IMG/VR virus record: IMGVR_UViG_3300008255_000047
Location: 1-41,548 of that record
Length of the DNA stretch: 41,548 bases
DNA from: a virus
Taxonomy: Duplodnaviria > Caudoviricetes
Strand: one strand, 5' to 3'
Shown one piece after another: positions 17,654-27,421 of the stretch. The stretch's first letter is position 1; each line of letters opens with the position of its first letter. The notes below the pieces were generated by a model that worked only from the letters and a program-made list of their open reading frames with translations, was not told where the DNA came from and ran no database searches. The translations under genes and the position numbers were made by a program.

Positions 17654-17654
17654 A

Positions 17655-18143
17655 TTACGCCGGTTCCGTGGAGTCAACGGTGAAGTCATTCTGTTTGAAC
17701 GTCACAGAAAAGCCTTCATGCGTTGTCGTGTCGCCCTGAATCTCAAGGAACGCGTTTAGATAACCTTGGGCGTACTGTACGGGGTCACCCGTTTCAAGAG
17801 CGCCATCAACACCCGAACCGCGCCCAATTTTGATAGAACACAAACCCTCGGCGCTATTGGCGATAGTCTCAATCAAGGTTTGTCCCGTATCGCTGTCAAC
17901 TTTGCGGAATGACGCCGTGCTTTCGTTACCACTCATCGCGCCTTTAACGCCAGCGGTGAAGCCGGTTTGCAAATCAGGCACGTCGATATTGGAACCCGTC
18001 ACGCCCAATTGTGGCAAAACTTGAATACCCGCAACTTGCGTGAAGGTCAAACCGCCAAAACCCGTTGTAGTACCCGCCGTATTGGTGTCGGGCAATTCGT
18101 CGCAGATATAGATGGTCTTACCGATGTTATTTTTTGTCGCCAT
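17655..18143 (-). CDS. Major tail tube protein
   Basis: 162 aa, Gly/Thr-rich, AGGAG RBS; position after the tail terminator gene. Confidence 0.8.
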   Translation of the reverse strand: MATKNNIGKTIYICDELPDTNTAGTTTGFGGLTFTQVAGIQVLPQLGVTGSNIDVPDLQTGFTAGVKGAMSGNESTASFRKVDSDTGQTLIETIANSAEGLCSIKIGRGSGVDGALETGDPVQYAQGYLNAFLEIQGDTTTHEGFSVTFKQNDFTVDSTEPA

Positions 18144-18158
18144 AGTAATCGACTCCTT

Positions 18159-18560
18159 TTAGGTTTGAATTGCGTAGTCAATCCGAACCGGCACGCGCCA
18201 GTCAGGTCCGTCCTTATAACCCGGTAACACTTCGGGCGGTTTCACAATCAATATACCACCTTCTTCAAGAGAAATTAAGGTTGTATATTTGAAATGCTGC
18301 ATGACCTTATCAGCCAGCATATTTGCGGGTTTGGTGAAGGTATTCCCTTTAATAACTACATAAATCATTAACTGACCTATGACGGTTTCACCATCGCCGT
18401 TCAACGTTGGATCGGTGCGTGGGCCGGGAACGTGATCGACCGCGAGGAAAGGTCGCGCCGGGTCCGCCGTTTTATTCTGCCATGCAATCGGCGGTACATC
18501 GTCCATTTCAACCAAATATTCACCTAAAGCGATTTCGATTTCTTCAATTGAGATTGTCAT
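18159..18560 (-). CDS. Tail terminator protein
   Basis: IAWQN...WRVPVRIDY pattern; neck synteny. Confidence 0.75.
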   Translation of the reverse strand: MTISIEEIEIALGEYLVEMDDVPPIAWQNKTADPARPFLAVDHVPGPRTDPTLNGDGETVIGQLMIYVVIKGNTFTKPANMLADKVMQHFKYTTLISLEEGGILIVKPPEVLPGYKDGPDWRVPVRIDYAIQT

Positions 18561-19006
18561 TATTTCACCGCGTATTTAGCAATATGACCGTCAACAATTC
18601 GCGGCCATTTAGCAGCGTTGTGAGATACAAAGTGCCAACCGGCTTGATTAAACGTGCGCCCGGTTTTATCCGTGCCGGTGAATCCATTTTCTACTCGCAT
18701 CGCATATTCGATTGTCCAGCCGAACCGCATATAATCACCAATATTATAATTGGCGATTGCGACGCTGTAACTCAGTTTATCTTCTGGCCCAACCGAACCG
18801 TTGACCTCTACAGCAAGGCTATTGATTAGATCGCTCGACACAACTGGGATTTTACCCTCTTTAATCGTGCCGCCCGCTGTAATACCTTGCGCGCTCGTTT
18901 GTGCGCCTTCCAAAACATCATAAAGGCTATCGACCACAACGCGGCGCATTTGCCGTTGTGTCAATTCGGCAAACTTTCGCACGTCAGCACTAAATGAACG
19001 CGCCAT
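18560..19006 (-). CDS. Tail completion protein (HK97 gp10-like)
   Basis: IPVVSSDLINS...YAMRVENG...QAG pattern. Confidence 0.75.
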   Translation of the reverse strand: MARSFSADVRKFAELTQRQMRRVVVDSLYDVLEGAQTSAQGITAGGTIKEGKIPVVSSDLINSLAVEVNGSVGPEDKLSYSVAIANYNIGDYMRFGWTIEYAMRVENGFTGTDKTGRTFNQAGWHFVSHNAAKWPRIVDGHIAKYAVK

Positions 19007-19972
19007 TTAATCAACCCTTAGAATGGTGCGAAAAAATGGAGAACACCGACAATGTGCATTTTGTGCGGGTCCGCCGTTCGGGTCATGCGGATAAAGCATC
19101 GCGGTACCATCGTCCATAATCCACGGTTCGCCCAATTCGTGAATCTCACCGTTGACGCGCTGATGATCTTCGCGCGGTTCTTTTTGACTCCCGTGATTCC
19201 ATTGCCATTTTACCGTCACGCGTTCAACTTCCGGGTTATCCTTCAACTGAAAATAACCCTCAGCTTGACCCGACGCCACAGCGCCGCGCGTTTCCTGTCG
19301 CGCTATATCGGTCGCCCGATATTTTTCAAATCGTTCCGCGTAACGTCCGGTGATTTTGTTTATGTCATCCTTTGACAACGGTTTGCCGCTCTTGATCGCT
19401 TCGCGCACGAGTGCGTCATAGCGTCGATCACGTTGCGCCCGCGTGAAATAATGATCGCTCAAATTGTTCAAATCGGAGCGCATATTATCGACGTACTGCG
19501 ATTGTTTCACCGTCAAACCAATGCGTGAACCGGCGCGGTCCTTACCTTGTCCGATAATGTCGCGCGCCATCGCCGCCGTTGAACGCCCTTCTTCAACGCC
19601 CCGGCGCACAATATCCTGTACCATGTCGCGCGATTGATCTTGAATGCCTTGGACAAGTCGCGCCGTGCTTTGCTCTATCCAACGCGCTGCACGCGGCTGT
19701 AAGGCTGAAAAGCCGAATGAACCGCCCCGGATAACTTGACCGATACTCATACCCGAACCGACATAAGCGGAACGCACGGCTTCGGTAAGCGGGAAAATCT
19801 GCGCTTGCGTCATCCCAAGAGCATCAACCATCGCAGATATGTCGCGCGTTTCGATTGCGCCTATCAACACGGTTTCATTGATTGATTTTTTAGCGGTAGA
19901 CATGACGCGCCGATACGCTTGCGCGATCAACGGACCAAATTGAAGAAGCAATTTAGCATACGTTGACGCCAT
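19007..19972 (-). CDS. Minor head / head morphogenesis protein (SPP1 gp7/MuF-like)
   Basis: RATDIARQE, REDH and YPHDP...HCRC motifs. Confidence 0.8.
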   Translation of the reverse strand: MASTYAKLLLQFGPLIAQAYRRVMSTAKKSINETVLIGAIETRDISAMVDALGMTQAQIFPLTEAVRSAYVGSGMSIGQVIRGGSFGFSALQPRAARWIEQSTARLVQGIQDQSRDMVQDIVRRGVEEGRSTAAMARDIIGQGKDRAGSRIGLTVKQSQYVDNMRSDLNNLSDHYFTRAQRDRRYDALVREAIKSGKPLSKDDINKITGRYAERFEKYRATDIARQETRGAVASGQAEGYFQLKDNPEVERVTVKWQWNHGSQKEPREDHQRVNGEIHELGEPWIMDDGTAMLYPHDPNGGPAQNAHCRCSPFFRTILRVD

Positions 19973-20346
19973 TACTTGCGTGCCTGAATAATATAATACA
20001 AATCCACGCCACCAATCGCTTCCGGCATCACCGACATGATTCTATATTCTTCATCGTCCAACGTGAGGGTGTCCGCCGTGGTCGGAACCACAGCGCCCGC
20101 TTGCGCCATCAATTTCAGATCGTCCGCGCGAATCAACGTGCCGTCGATTTCACCATATCGCCACATATCGCGGATAACTGTTGTTTGAAATGTGGAAACT
20201 TGCGTTGTGCTAGGTGCATCCCACGGGTTTACCGGCGCATCAATTGGCGCGCGTGTGATGGTTGCGACAAGCGGCCCGGTGCCGGTATCCGTACCGACTT
20301 CGGCTAATGCCTCCGCAATTTCCGCCGCTATTTCCGCGCCGCTCAT
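19972..20346 (-). CDS. Head closure protein
   Basis: IDGTLIRADD...IIQARK; neck synteny. Confidence 0.7.
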   Translation of the reverse strand: MSGAEIAAEIAEALAEVGTDTGTGPLVATITRAPIDAPVNPWDAPSTTQVSTFQTTVIRDMWRYGEIDGTLIRADDLKLMAQAGAVVPTTADTLTLDDEEYRIMSVMPEAIGGVDLYYIIQARK

Positions 20347-20796
20347 TTAAAAACACCCGCGCCCGACGCTCATCAAACCAAATGACGGTTTATCCCGGTC
20401 AAAAATGAACGGACGGAAAAACGCGTCTAAAAGCGTGCTGGTTGGTGAAGCCCCATAAATACCGCTCGCACCTTCTCCAACCACCGTCCACGACACGCTA
20501 CCGGCTTTTGTCAAAACTTTCTGTTGAGCCGGTGTGAATGTTTTGGAAAAGAATCCGGGCGTTTCCAATTCAAAAGAGGCGGCAATATACGCGCCTTCTT
20601 CACCTAGCGGAAGCGTGTAGCCGCTCGGGGTTGTGTCGGCAGCGTTTGGCGACGCTAAATTTACAATATAACGCGACCGTACATAATCGCTGGCACGAAC
20701 TAGCGCCGCCGATGCAAGCGTGTCGCTTGCATCGGTCGGGGCGCTGTCACCGCGCGCTAGAGCATATGCGCGCCATCCTACAAGTGTGCCGTACAT
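20347..20796 (-). CDS. Head-tail adaptor protein
   Basis: YALARG...AALVRASDYV motif; follows the capsid genes. Confidence 0.75.
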   Translation of the reverse strand: MYGTLVGWRAYALARGDSAPTDASDTLASAALVRASDYVRSRYIVNLASPNAADTTPSGYTLPLGEEGAYIAASFELETPGFFSKTFTPAQQKVLTKAGSVSWTVVGEGASGIYGASPTSTLLDAFFRPFIFDRDKPSFGLMSVGRGCF

Positions 20797-20875
20797 TCCG
20801 CGACCTCATTACGTTTGTGGGAGATAGGGCCGCGCGCCGTGTTGTCTGTTCATCGGCGCGCGGCAGTGCGTCGTT

Positions 20876-21178
20876 TTACTTACCGGCGTTATCAATCGCC
20901 GCTTTGATTTCTTCAACGGTCATTTCGTCGGTGACCTCAACACCCAACAGCGCGGCGGATTCAACCACCGTTGCACGTTCCGCCGCGTCGGCCTTATCCT
21001 TCGCGTCCTGTTCTTTTTTCGTCAGCTTTTTCGCCGGGTTCACGATGAACGTTTCAGCCGGAACAGCTTTATTAATAAGCCAAGCGGGGACGGTATCGCC
21101 CTTTACTTCGATAACCGCACCAACGGGAACAGGTTCATTTGCTACGCTCACGCCTTTTTCAGTGATACGAACCCTCAT
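20876..21178 (-). CDS. Hypothetical virion-associated protein
   Basis: AAAGGA RBS; C-terminal HeH/Rho-N-like helix pair (LLGVEVTDEMTVEEIKAAI). Confidence 0.65.
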   Translation of the reverse strand: MRVRITEKGVSVANEPVPVGAVIEVKGDTVPAWLINKAVPAETFIVNPAKKLTKKEQDAKDKADAAERATVVESAALLGVEVTDEMTVEEIKAAIDNAGK

Positions 21179-21207
21179 AGTGGATATTCCTTTTTTGAGT
21201 GAGAAAG

Positions 21208-21242
21208 AAAAAACGGGACGGACCTAAAAAATCCGTCCCGTT
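21208..21242 (-). terminator. Intrinsic terminator after the capsid gene
   Basis: 11-bp stem AACGGGACGGA/TCCGTCCCGTT with a U-tract on the minus strand. Confidence 0.75.
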
Positions 21243-21271
21243 CTAGTTCAACGCTAATCAGCGTTTAGTTT

Positions 21272-22306
21272 TTAGCTTGAGACTGCAACACCACACTGAT
21301 CGGTAGCGTCGTATTTGACTTCAATCGCAGCCGCCGCCATCGTTATGAAGTTATAGTCATCTTCCGGGTTCGCGCGGAATTGTGCCCGCGTGCTCATCGG
21401 CATAGCGTTCAAGACTTGAACCACACGGCTGTTTTTCACAACCGCAATGATTTGGTTAGCGGTGACGCTAGTTGAAGGAACAACTTCGGCAACGCCTTCC
21501 AATTCTCGCACACGCTGTGCAATAGTTTTATCGCCGTAAGTCGTGGCGTAGTCCGTGTTGCCCGCATAGAACCAATCCGACCAATTTACGAAAATCGTGG
21601 CGGGAACGCGGTAGTTGTTATTATGAAGCAATTTGAGAGTTGCGTTAACTTCCGTAGTCCACTGCAAACCCGTCGCAGCATTCAACGTTACGCCCGTGGA
21701 ACGCGTTTCGCGCTTCGGGTGCGTACGCAACCCGTAGAGCGTAGCGCCGCCGACAACGATAGTTGAATCCCCGTCAAGTGCAAGGCTTTCAAGTTTCGTT
21801 GCGACCTTATCAAACGAATTATCACGGCCCGCCGAATCAAGCTGCATCCCTTCGGAACGAGCCGATTCAACTTGCCGCCAACCATAACTAAACGTGCTGT
21901 CAACGATAGGCAGCGGCGTTCCAACGTAGCTGATAACCTGTTGGTCCGTTTTTGCCTTGGAGCGACCGTCCATAGAAATATTGACGGTACCGCTATCGCT
22001 GATTTGCTGGAAGTAGTGCAGCAATTTACCAATAGGCATCGGCTTGGATACCGCCGCCGCCAGCGTATTGAACACAGTCATGTTCGTGCGCTGAACGGTG
22101 ATACCTTCGCGGTCCCATTCGCCCCACACGTCTTTTGGAAGCGTGTAAGCGTTACCGATAAGTGAACCGCTACAAGCGCGGTTATTAGTCAGCGGACCTG
22201 TGGCAACGCCGCCGAGCGTCGTTGTACCCATCATGCTTTGACGGCGATTAAACTCGCGGCGATTAGCGAGAATATGCGCCTGTTGCTCGGGAGTGAATTT
22301 AAGCAT
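21272..22306 (-). CDS. Major capsid protein
   Basis: 344 aa after protease and decoration genes; YGLRTHP motif; GAGGA RBS; downstream terminator. Confidence 0.85.
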   Translation of the reverse strand: MLKFTPEQQAHILANRREFNRRQSMMGTTTLGGVATGPLTNNRACSGSLIGNAYTLPKDVWGEWDREGITVQRTNMTVFNTLAAAVSKPMPIGKLLHYFQQISDSGTVNISMDGRSKAKTDQQVISYVGTPLPIVDSTFSYGWRQVESARSEGMQLDSAGRDNSFDKVATKLESLALDGDSTIVVGGATLYGLRTHPKRETRSTGVTLNAATGLQWTTEVNATLKLLHNNNYRVPATIFVNWSDWFYAGNTDYATTYGDKTIAQRVRELEGVAEVVPSTSVTANQIIAVVKNSRVVQVLNAMPMSTRAQFRANPEDDYNFITMAAAAIEVKYDATDQCGVAVSS

Positions 22307-22330
22307 TGTATTTAATCCTCTGTTAAACCG

Positions 22331-22786
22331 TTACGCCGGAACCGTGCGACCGGCGACAATCTGCACATCGGCAAGATCACCCGCCGATTTTGCGCCCGGT
22401 GTATCGACGTAAATGGCAATGACCTTATCACCAGCCGCCAACGTGTTTGTCAAACGGCCCGAAACGCCGAGCGTCAGGGGCGCATTAGCCGCATACGTCG
22501 CACCAGCCATGCGTGCCTGATAGACTTCACCCGGTCGCGGGATACATCCGATACCAAGCGCACCAGCCTCATAAGCGGTCAAAATGTCCTGACCGATTTC
22601 ACGCCGGTTGCTCAACACGTAAAGCATCGAACCCATCTGAGTTGTGGTCGCCGTGGTGAAGTGTACGGTTGTGCTGGCCGAGTCAGAATGAACAATCGTA
22701 CCGGGAAGCGGCGTACCGACGATGGTACGTTCAACGGTCAACGGCTCAACCGTGACGGGACCGCGAAAAATTACATTTCCAGACAT
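22331..22786 (-). CDS. Capsid decoration protein
   Basis: 151 aa beta-rich protein between the protease and capsid genes. Confidence 0.7.
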   Translation of the reverse strand: MSGNVIFRGPVTVEPLTVERTIVGTPLPGTIVHSDSASTTVHFTTATTTQMGSMLYVLSNRREIGQDILTAYEAGALGIGCIPRPGEVYQARMAGATYAANAPLTLGVSGRLTNTLAAGDKVIAIYVDTPGAKSAGDLADVQIVAGRTVPA

Positions 22787-22788
22787 GA

Positions 22789-23940
22789 TTATTTGTCCCC
22801 CTTGATTGCAGCGTTAAGGTCAACGTCCGCAAATTCGTCTTTATCACAGGACAAACCACCGAACGCGTTGAAAATTGGCGCGGCATGACCGGGCGTGGCC
22901 TTTTTCGCAAGCGCGCGAGCCGCGTTCAACGTCAATTCCTTAGCGGAATTTTCGTCCAGCAAATTCGCTTTCACGATTTGCGATTGAAGATCAGCCAATT
23001 CCGCCTTGTCTTTGGCTTCGGCATTGGCCTTCAATTCGGTTTGTGCATCGGTCAACGGCTTCACCGCCGCCGCAATTGCATTGGTGATCTGGCCCGGGAT
23101 ACTATCCGCCAGGGCCTTCACGGAATCAGCGACGGTTTTGACCGACGCTGAAAGGGCTTCAAGCTGTTTTTCGTCAGCCATATCGCTTTCCTCACTATTG
23201 TTGAGTTTTAAAGATTCCGCACCGCCCGCCTTGAACATTTCAAGTAGAACGGTTTTCATACGCTCGACAAGTGAGACACGCCCCAACTTTTCGACCGCCC
23301 GTACGGCCATATCCGCCGCCCAATCAAGATCGCACATAGCACTATCCTCAAGCGTGCTATTCACAACCTCAACTTTTTCGCCCGTCGAATTGACGAACAT
23401 TCCGACACCTTGTTCCGGTGTCGCCGCGCCTTTTTCGTTTAGCAAAATTGCATCGTGGTCAAACACAATATCTTTCGCCATGAATTTCGCGCCGCTGTTT
23501 TCCGTCGCGGGTTCAAGGTTGGCAATCAAGCCCGTGCTGGTGTGGATCGGTTTGCCTTCATTAATTACGGCCATTAAACCGCGTCCCGCTTCGGTGCGGT
23601 TGGCAACTTCGACATCAATCACCTTATCGAGAAAAACCCGACCGTTTTCTCGGCGTACATTTTCATTCCACGCGCCAACATGGTTCATGTTGATTGCTTC
23701 AGGATCACGCGCCGAAACGAACATGCCGCTAATCATCGGATGACCTAGCGGTGCGGGTGCGCGGTTCAACGTTGCATAAGATTTTGCAATTTCGTCCGCC
23801 GAATACCGAATATCGTTCATCACAACGTTATCGGGCATCGTCGCACTAGACACCACAACAACCTTGCGACCGTTGCGCGTTTCTTCACGCGGCTTGCTAA
23901 CCGCATTGGTGCGGATATTTACGCGGACTTGCTTACTCAT
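22789..23940 (-). CDS. Prohead protease/scaffold (DUF2213-like)
   Basis: PLGHP, HTSTGL and DHDAILL motifs plus a helical C-terminal scaffold region. Confidence 0.8.
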   Translation of the reverse strand: MSKQVRVNIRTNAVSKPREETRNGRKVVVVSSATMPDNVVMNDIRYSADEIAKSYATLNRAPAPLGHPMISGMFVSARDPEAINMNHVGAWNENVRRENGRVFLDKVIDVEVANRTEAGRGLMAVINEGKPIHTSTGLIANLEPATENSGAKFMAKDIVFDHDAILLNEKGAATPEQGVGMFVNSTGEKVEVVNSTLEDSAMCDLDWAADMAVRAVEKLGRVSLVERMKTVLLEMFKAGGAESLKLNNSEESDMADEKQLEALSASVKTVADSVKALADSIPGQITNAIAAAVKPLTDAQTELKANAEAKDKAELADLQSQIVKANLLDENSAKELTLNAARALAKKATPGHAAPIFNAFGGLSCDKDEFADVDLNAAIKGDK

Positions 23941-25246
23941 CTGATTCCCCAATTTCTTCGCGCGGTTTCATACCGATTTCCGCGCGGATTTCATCAATTG
24001 TAAAGGCCGCTTCTCCGTCACCCATCACACCCGCCGATTTGGCATTAATTTCAGCCATGCCAGAAGCGCGAGTCATCTTTTCCGATGGGGAGGAATCTAA
24101 CAGGCTTTCCCAATGAATAGTCCAATTCGCTTTTTTAATAATACCCCATTTTTGCAAACGGTTCAATAATTCGCGCAACATGGGGCAAACCACGCGCTCA
24201 CGTCGCGCCATGCACGTCCAGTTGAAGTCTATTTGATCTTCCGTGCTGGCGCGCTCGCCGGTTTGATTACCAATGAGAACGCGCACAGGCATTGAAACCG
24301 ACGCTGCGAACATATTCGCCGCCATCATAAAAAATTCGCTCGGTTGCGGTAGAGTGATACCAAGCGTTTCGGCTTTGATACCTTGAAGCATTAGCAGTTT
24401 ATCAAAACCTTTTTGCCAATCTTCCACGCGCTCAGACATAGCATCTTTAATCATATCAGGCGCGACACCAAGAGATTGAGCCATGGCAATCGGGTCAAAC
24501 TTCTCATCGGCTGTGAGTACCGGCGCGGATTTTGCGTTTTTCCAAAACCCTTCACCGCCCGCGCCAACGATTTTTTCAACGTCAATAAGACTGTTGAATC
24601 CCGCTTGAAGATTCGAGCGCATAAAAATCGTTCCATCGGCGGACCACAATAACAGCCGGTCGGGATGGATTTTGAATTGACGCACTTGTTGAGTGTCGCT
24701 CGCCGTGTTCTCACTTTGCACGGCACTCTCTTTAAATTCATACATCAACGGACGCCCGTAAGTTTCGGACGCTGTGTTGTCATCCCATTGCGCTACAGAA
24801 AGTTGACCGGCCCAAGCGGGCACAATTTCAACAAGTCCGTCAACGCCACCCGGCACAATCGTTACAGGTTCGTGAAATGCTAGACCATCGGCCAAGCGCA
24901 AAATTGCACCAGCGAACCCACCAACGAACGCGCGCAAATCCGTTTCAATGAGTGCTTGGTTACCGCGAATATCTTCTAAGCGTTGGCGCAACGCCGCTTC
25001 ATCTTTGCTTTCTTCCGGGTTGTCATTTTCCCAAAATTCCGGCGGTGTTTTCCAAGTGCGAAGGCTCAAACGGTCGGCAGCGGCGGCGGCCAAACCATTA
25101 CGCGTGTAAGCGCGATAAAGAATTTCAAAAGTAATTTCACGCGGCCAACCGTAGTCCGCAGCGTGATCGTGCTTTGTGGTGCCGCCAAAATAACCGGGAA
25201 ATATGGTGGCAAGGCGACGGGTTGCCGCGTTCAAAATTGCGTTCAA
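23933..25246 (-). CDS. Portal protein (DUF1073-like)
   Basis: 437 aa after TerL; GEGFWKNA and LIGNQTGERASTED motifs. Confidence 0.85.
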   Translation of the reverse strand: MNAILNAATRRLATIFPGYFGGTTKHDHAADYGWPREITFEILYRAYTRNGLAAAAADRLSLRTWKTPPEFWENDNPEESKDEAALRQRLEDIRGNQALIETDLRAFVGGFAGAILRLADGLAFHEPVTIVPGGVDGLVEIVPAWAGQLSVAQWDDNTASETYGRPLMYEFKESAVQSENTASDTQQVRQFKIHPDRLLLWSADGTIFMRSNLQAGFNSLIDVEKIVGAGGEGFWKNAKSAPVLTADEKFDPIAMAQSLGVAPDMIKDAMSERVEDWQKGFDKLLMLQGIKAETLGITLPQPSEFFMMAANMFAASVSMPVRVLIGNQTGERASTEDQIDFNWTCMARRERVVCPMLRELLNRLQKWGIIKKANWTIHWESLLDSSPSEKMTRASGMAEINAKSAGVMGDGEAAFTIDEIRAEIGMKPREEIGESDE

Positions 25247-25250
25247 GATT

Positions 25251-26870
25251 TCACCACATACGAACTGTCGATAATTTAGTAGTCAATGGATAGTAGGCCA
25301 TAACTACCGAATCCGCAAGATTTGGTGAACGGGTGCCGGGAGGGGCTTTGTTTACTACTAATTTCATCGCCCCGGATGACCGACTCGCCGTCGCTTGACT
25401 CAATTCTTTTTGCAATTGTAGCAATTTTGGAAGGTGTGACGGGAGGCTAATTAATTCATCTGGTGAATACTGAATCCCTTCCGTCACAGCGCGGTACGTC
25501 CGTTCAAATCTGCGCCGCAATTCCCACCATGCTTGAGCCTTCAAATTAGAGTAATAATCTTTGTTGATCGGAGATTGTTTATCACCCGACACAATGTTGT
25601 CATCGGGATTTTGAACACCAGCACCAGCGGACCACGGAACAAAAGTAATTCCCGGCTTCAATAATTCCGCTTCTTTTAGCCGGTTCGCTTCGGACTTCAC
25701 ACCCGCACCGACGCCAACGCTATCATATTGTATCGCTACCGGCCCAACACCCTCGCACATGACCACAGCGCGGCGCGTAGTGTGTCCCGTGTCGCCTTCG
25801 CCCCAATCGTCCATATTTAAAAGCACCGCGCCCTTGCGTAGCGTGAGCGCGTTACGGTCGCCGCCTTCATCGGCAACGTCCAACCCGGCAACGCATTGGC
25901 CGGTTGCTTCAAAATTCAATTTAACATGCGCGTCAATCGCAGCGGTGACCCACTCCGCTTTAATTATGACGCCATCGACCGCCGCCGCATAATTTCGGTC
26001 AACCTCTTGCGCGAAAATATGTGTGAGTCCGTCCGCTTCGGCTTTCTTCTTTCGCACGTCATACCATGCCTGATTCTTTTCGGGATGGTGCCGCCAATCC
26101 ATAATGAAAATATTTGTTTTAGCTTTTATGGCGGGTCCGCTTATCCATTCTTCGCCCGCTTCGCGCTTCCGGTGAAACACATTACCCAAACCGTTCACGC
26201 TGGAAATATCAATTTGAACGCGCGTATTATCGGACAATGACGCTTCGATTTTTTCCGGTCGCTCATAGTGCGCGGACTCATCTTTGAAATAAATCAGCTT
26301 ACGTCCGCCGCGCCCGATGTTATCGCCAGCCTCCCCCGTAATAGTCGCACCCGTTTCAGGGTTTACGATACGCATATAAGCCATGTGATCGCTTTTGATA
26401 AAACCACGCGGCCAAAATTCGTGCGGTAATCGACGGATCAAAATTCTAATTTTTTCAAATATAGAATCCGGGTCACCTAATTTGTCTACTAGCTGTTCTT
26501 TACGTGATCCCCAACCGACCGCCGCGCCGGGATAGAAGCGCCATAGCCAAACGCTAAACGCGGCGCATACCCAAGTCGCGCCCATGTCGCGCGCTTTCTC
26601 TACTAGGCCGCTTTCCTCGCCGCTCAGACAGGCTTTTAGAAACTCGACAAGCTGCACCTGTCGCGGAAAAAGAACAAAGGGCATGTATGATGGTTTATCG
26701 CGCCCGGCGTTGCGCGGATCATAGGTGTCGCAAAAATCATTGATAAAATCGACAGGGTGAGTCCGATAATGTTCAAACGCACCAATCCATAAATCCGGCA
26801 TCGCCCGCAACGTCATCAACCGAGTTTGACGTGTTTGCCATACCTTCAAGTAATTAGGAGGCCAAATCAT
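25251..26870 (-). CDS. terL: Terminase large subunit
   Basis: EKARDMGATW (Walker A region), YFKDESA (Walker B), nuclease motifs GLDVADEGGD and SPNLADS. Confidence 0.93.
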   Translation of the reverse strand: MIWPPNYLKVWQTRQTRLMTLRAMPDLWIGAFEHYRTHPVDFINDFCDTYDPRNAGRDKPSYMPFVLFPRQVQLVEFLKACLSGEESGLVEKARDMGATWVCAAFSVWLWRFYPGAAVGWGSRKEQLVDKLGDPDSIFEKIRILIRRLPHEFWPRGFIKSDHMAYMRIVNPETGATITGEAGDNIGRGGRKLIYFKDESAHYERPEKIEASLSDNTRVQIDISSVNGLGNVFHRKREAGEEWISGPAIKAKTNIFIMDWRHHPEKNQAWYDVRKKKAEADGLTHIFAQEVDRNYAAAVDGVIIKAEWVTAAIDAHVKLNFEATGQCVAGLDVADEGGDRNALTLRKGAVLLNMDDWGEGDTGHTTRRAVVMCEGVGPVAIQYDSVGVGAGVKSEANRLKEAELLKPGITFVPWSAGAGVQNPDDNIVSGDKQSPINKDYYSNLKAQAWWELRRRFERTYRAVTEGIQYSPDELISLPSHLPKLLQLQKELSQATASRSSGAMKLVVNKAPPGTRSPNLADSVVMAYYPLTTKLSTVRMW

Positions 26871-27385
26871 TTGCCGGGATCGAGCATCGCCGCGTATGCT
26901 TCCGCAGCCTCTTGTGGTGTCATTTCCGTGGTAATCGCGCGCACGGGTCCGCCGCCGGGTCCGCTCAATTCAACCTTGTCCGTTAGCAGCTTGTGCATTT
27001 TTCCAAGGTTGTTCATTGCGCCGGTTTTCGCTAGCTTAAATTTAAAGCCGCCGCAACCGTCAAACTCGAATGTTTCAATAGCTTCGGCGGCTTCATCGCT
27101 CCATTGTGTCATGGGTAGCGGTGCGCCGGTGCCAAGATCAAAAAATTCTCGAATATCGACGCGCGCCCGGCGGGTTTCGCGCTCTTGCCATTCGCGGGCT
27201 TCCATCACCGCGACGGTTGCAGCTTCTTCTAGGATTTCAGCCACACGGGCCTTAATGACCGGATGACGCGCCAACACATAAGCGGGCTGCATATAACCAG
27301 CCAAGCGTGATGCAAGGTGCAGCGACTTACCGGAGGCAATCGCTTGGGCCAATCGTTCGTGTTTCGGTTCTGTTAAACATGACAT
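26867..27385 (-). CDS. terS: Terminase small subunit
   Basis: N-terminal HTH (KHERLAQ...AGY), KVELSGPGGGP motif, ATGA overlap with terL. Confidence 0.88.
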   Translation of the reverse strand: MSCLTEPKHERLAQAIASGKSLHLASRLAGYMQPAYVLARHPVIKARVAEILEEAATVAVMEAREWQERETRRARVDIREFFDLGTGAPLPMTQWSDEAAEAIETFEFDGCGGFKFKLAKTGAMNNLGKMHKLLTDKVELSGPGGGPVRAITTEMTPQEAAEAYAAMLDPGK

Positions 27386-27421
27386 GCAGCCCATTATATA
27401 TTAACGGGCTGCATGTCGCAA
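27381..27421 (-). promoter_or_regulatory. Candidate late promoter embedded in a 12-bp inverted repeat
   Basis: TTGCGA-N17-TATAAT; arms GACATGCAGCCC (27381-92) and GGGCTGCATGTC (27406-17). Confidence 0.65.

Noticed and set aside
19007-19972. MuF-like protein as a polymorphic toxin
   Set aside because: It ends right after the HCRC motif with no toxin extension; only its position among neck genes is atypical
22312-22326. CtrA-box-like TTAA-N7-TTAA around the capsid RBS
   Set aside because: A single occurrence is roughly what chance gives in 41 kb, and no promoter is associated
13249-23743. Long + strand ORFs opposite structural genes (e.g. 13249-13782, 20538-21227, 23006-23743)
   Set aside because: Antisense shadows of codon-biased genes, with no RBS or recognisable motifs
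23933-25246. DUF1073-type protein as anti-CBASS Acb1
   Set aside because: Size and position indicate a portal; no 2H-phosphoesterase (HxT/S pair) domain seen
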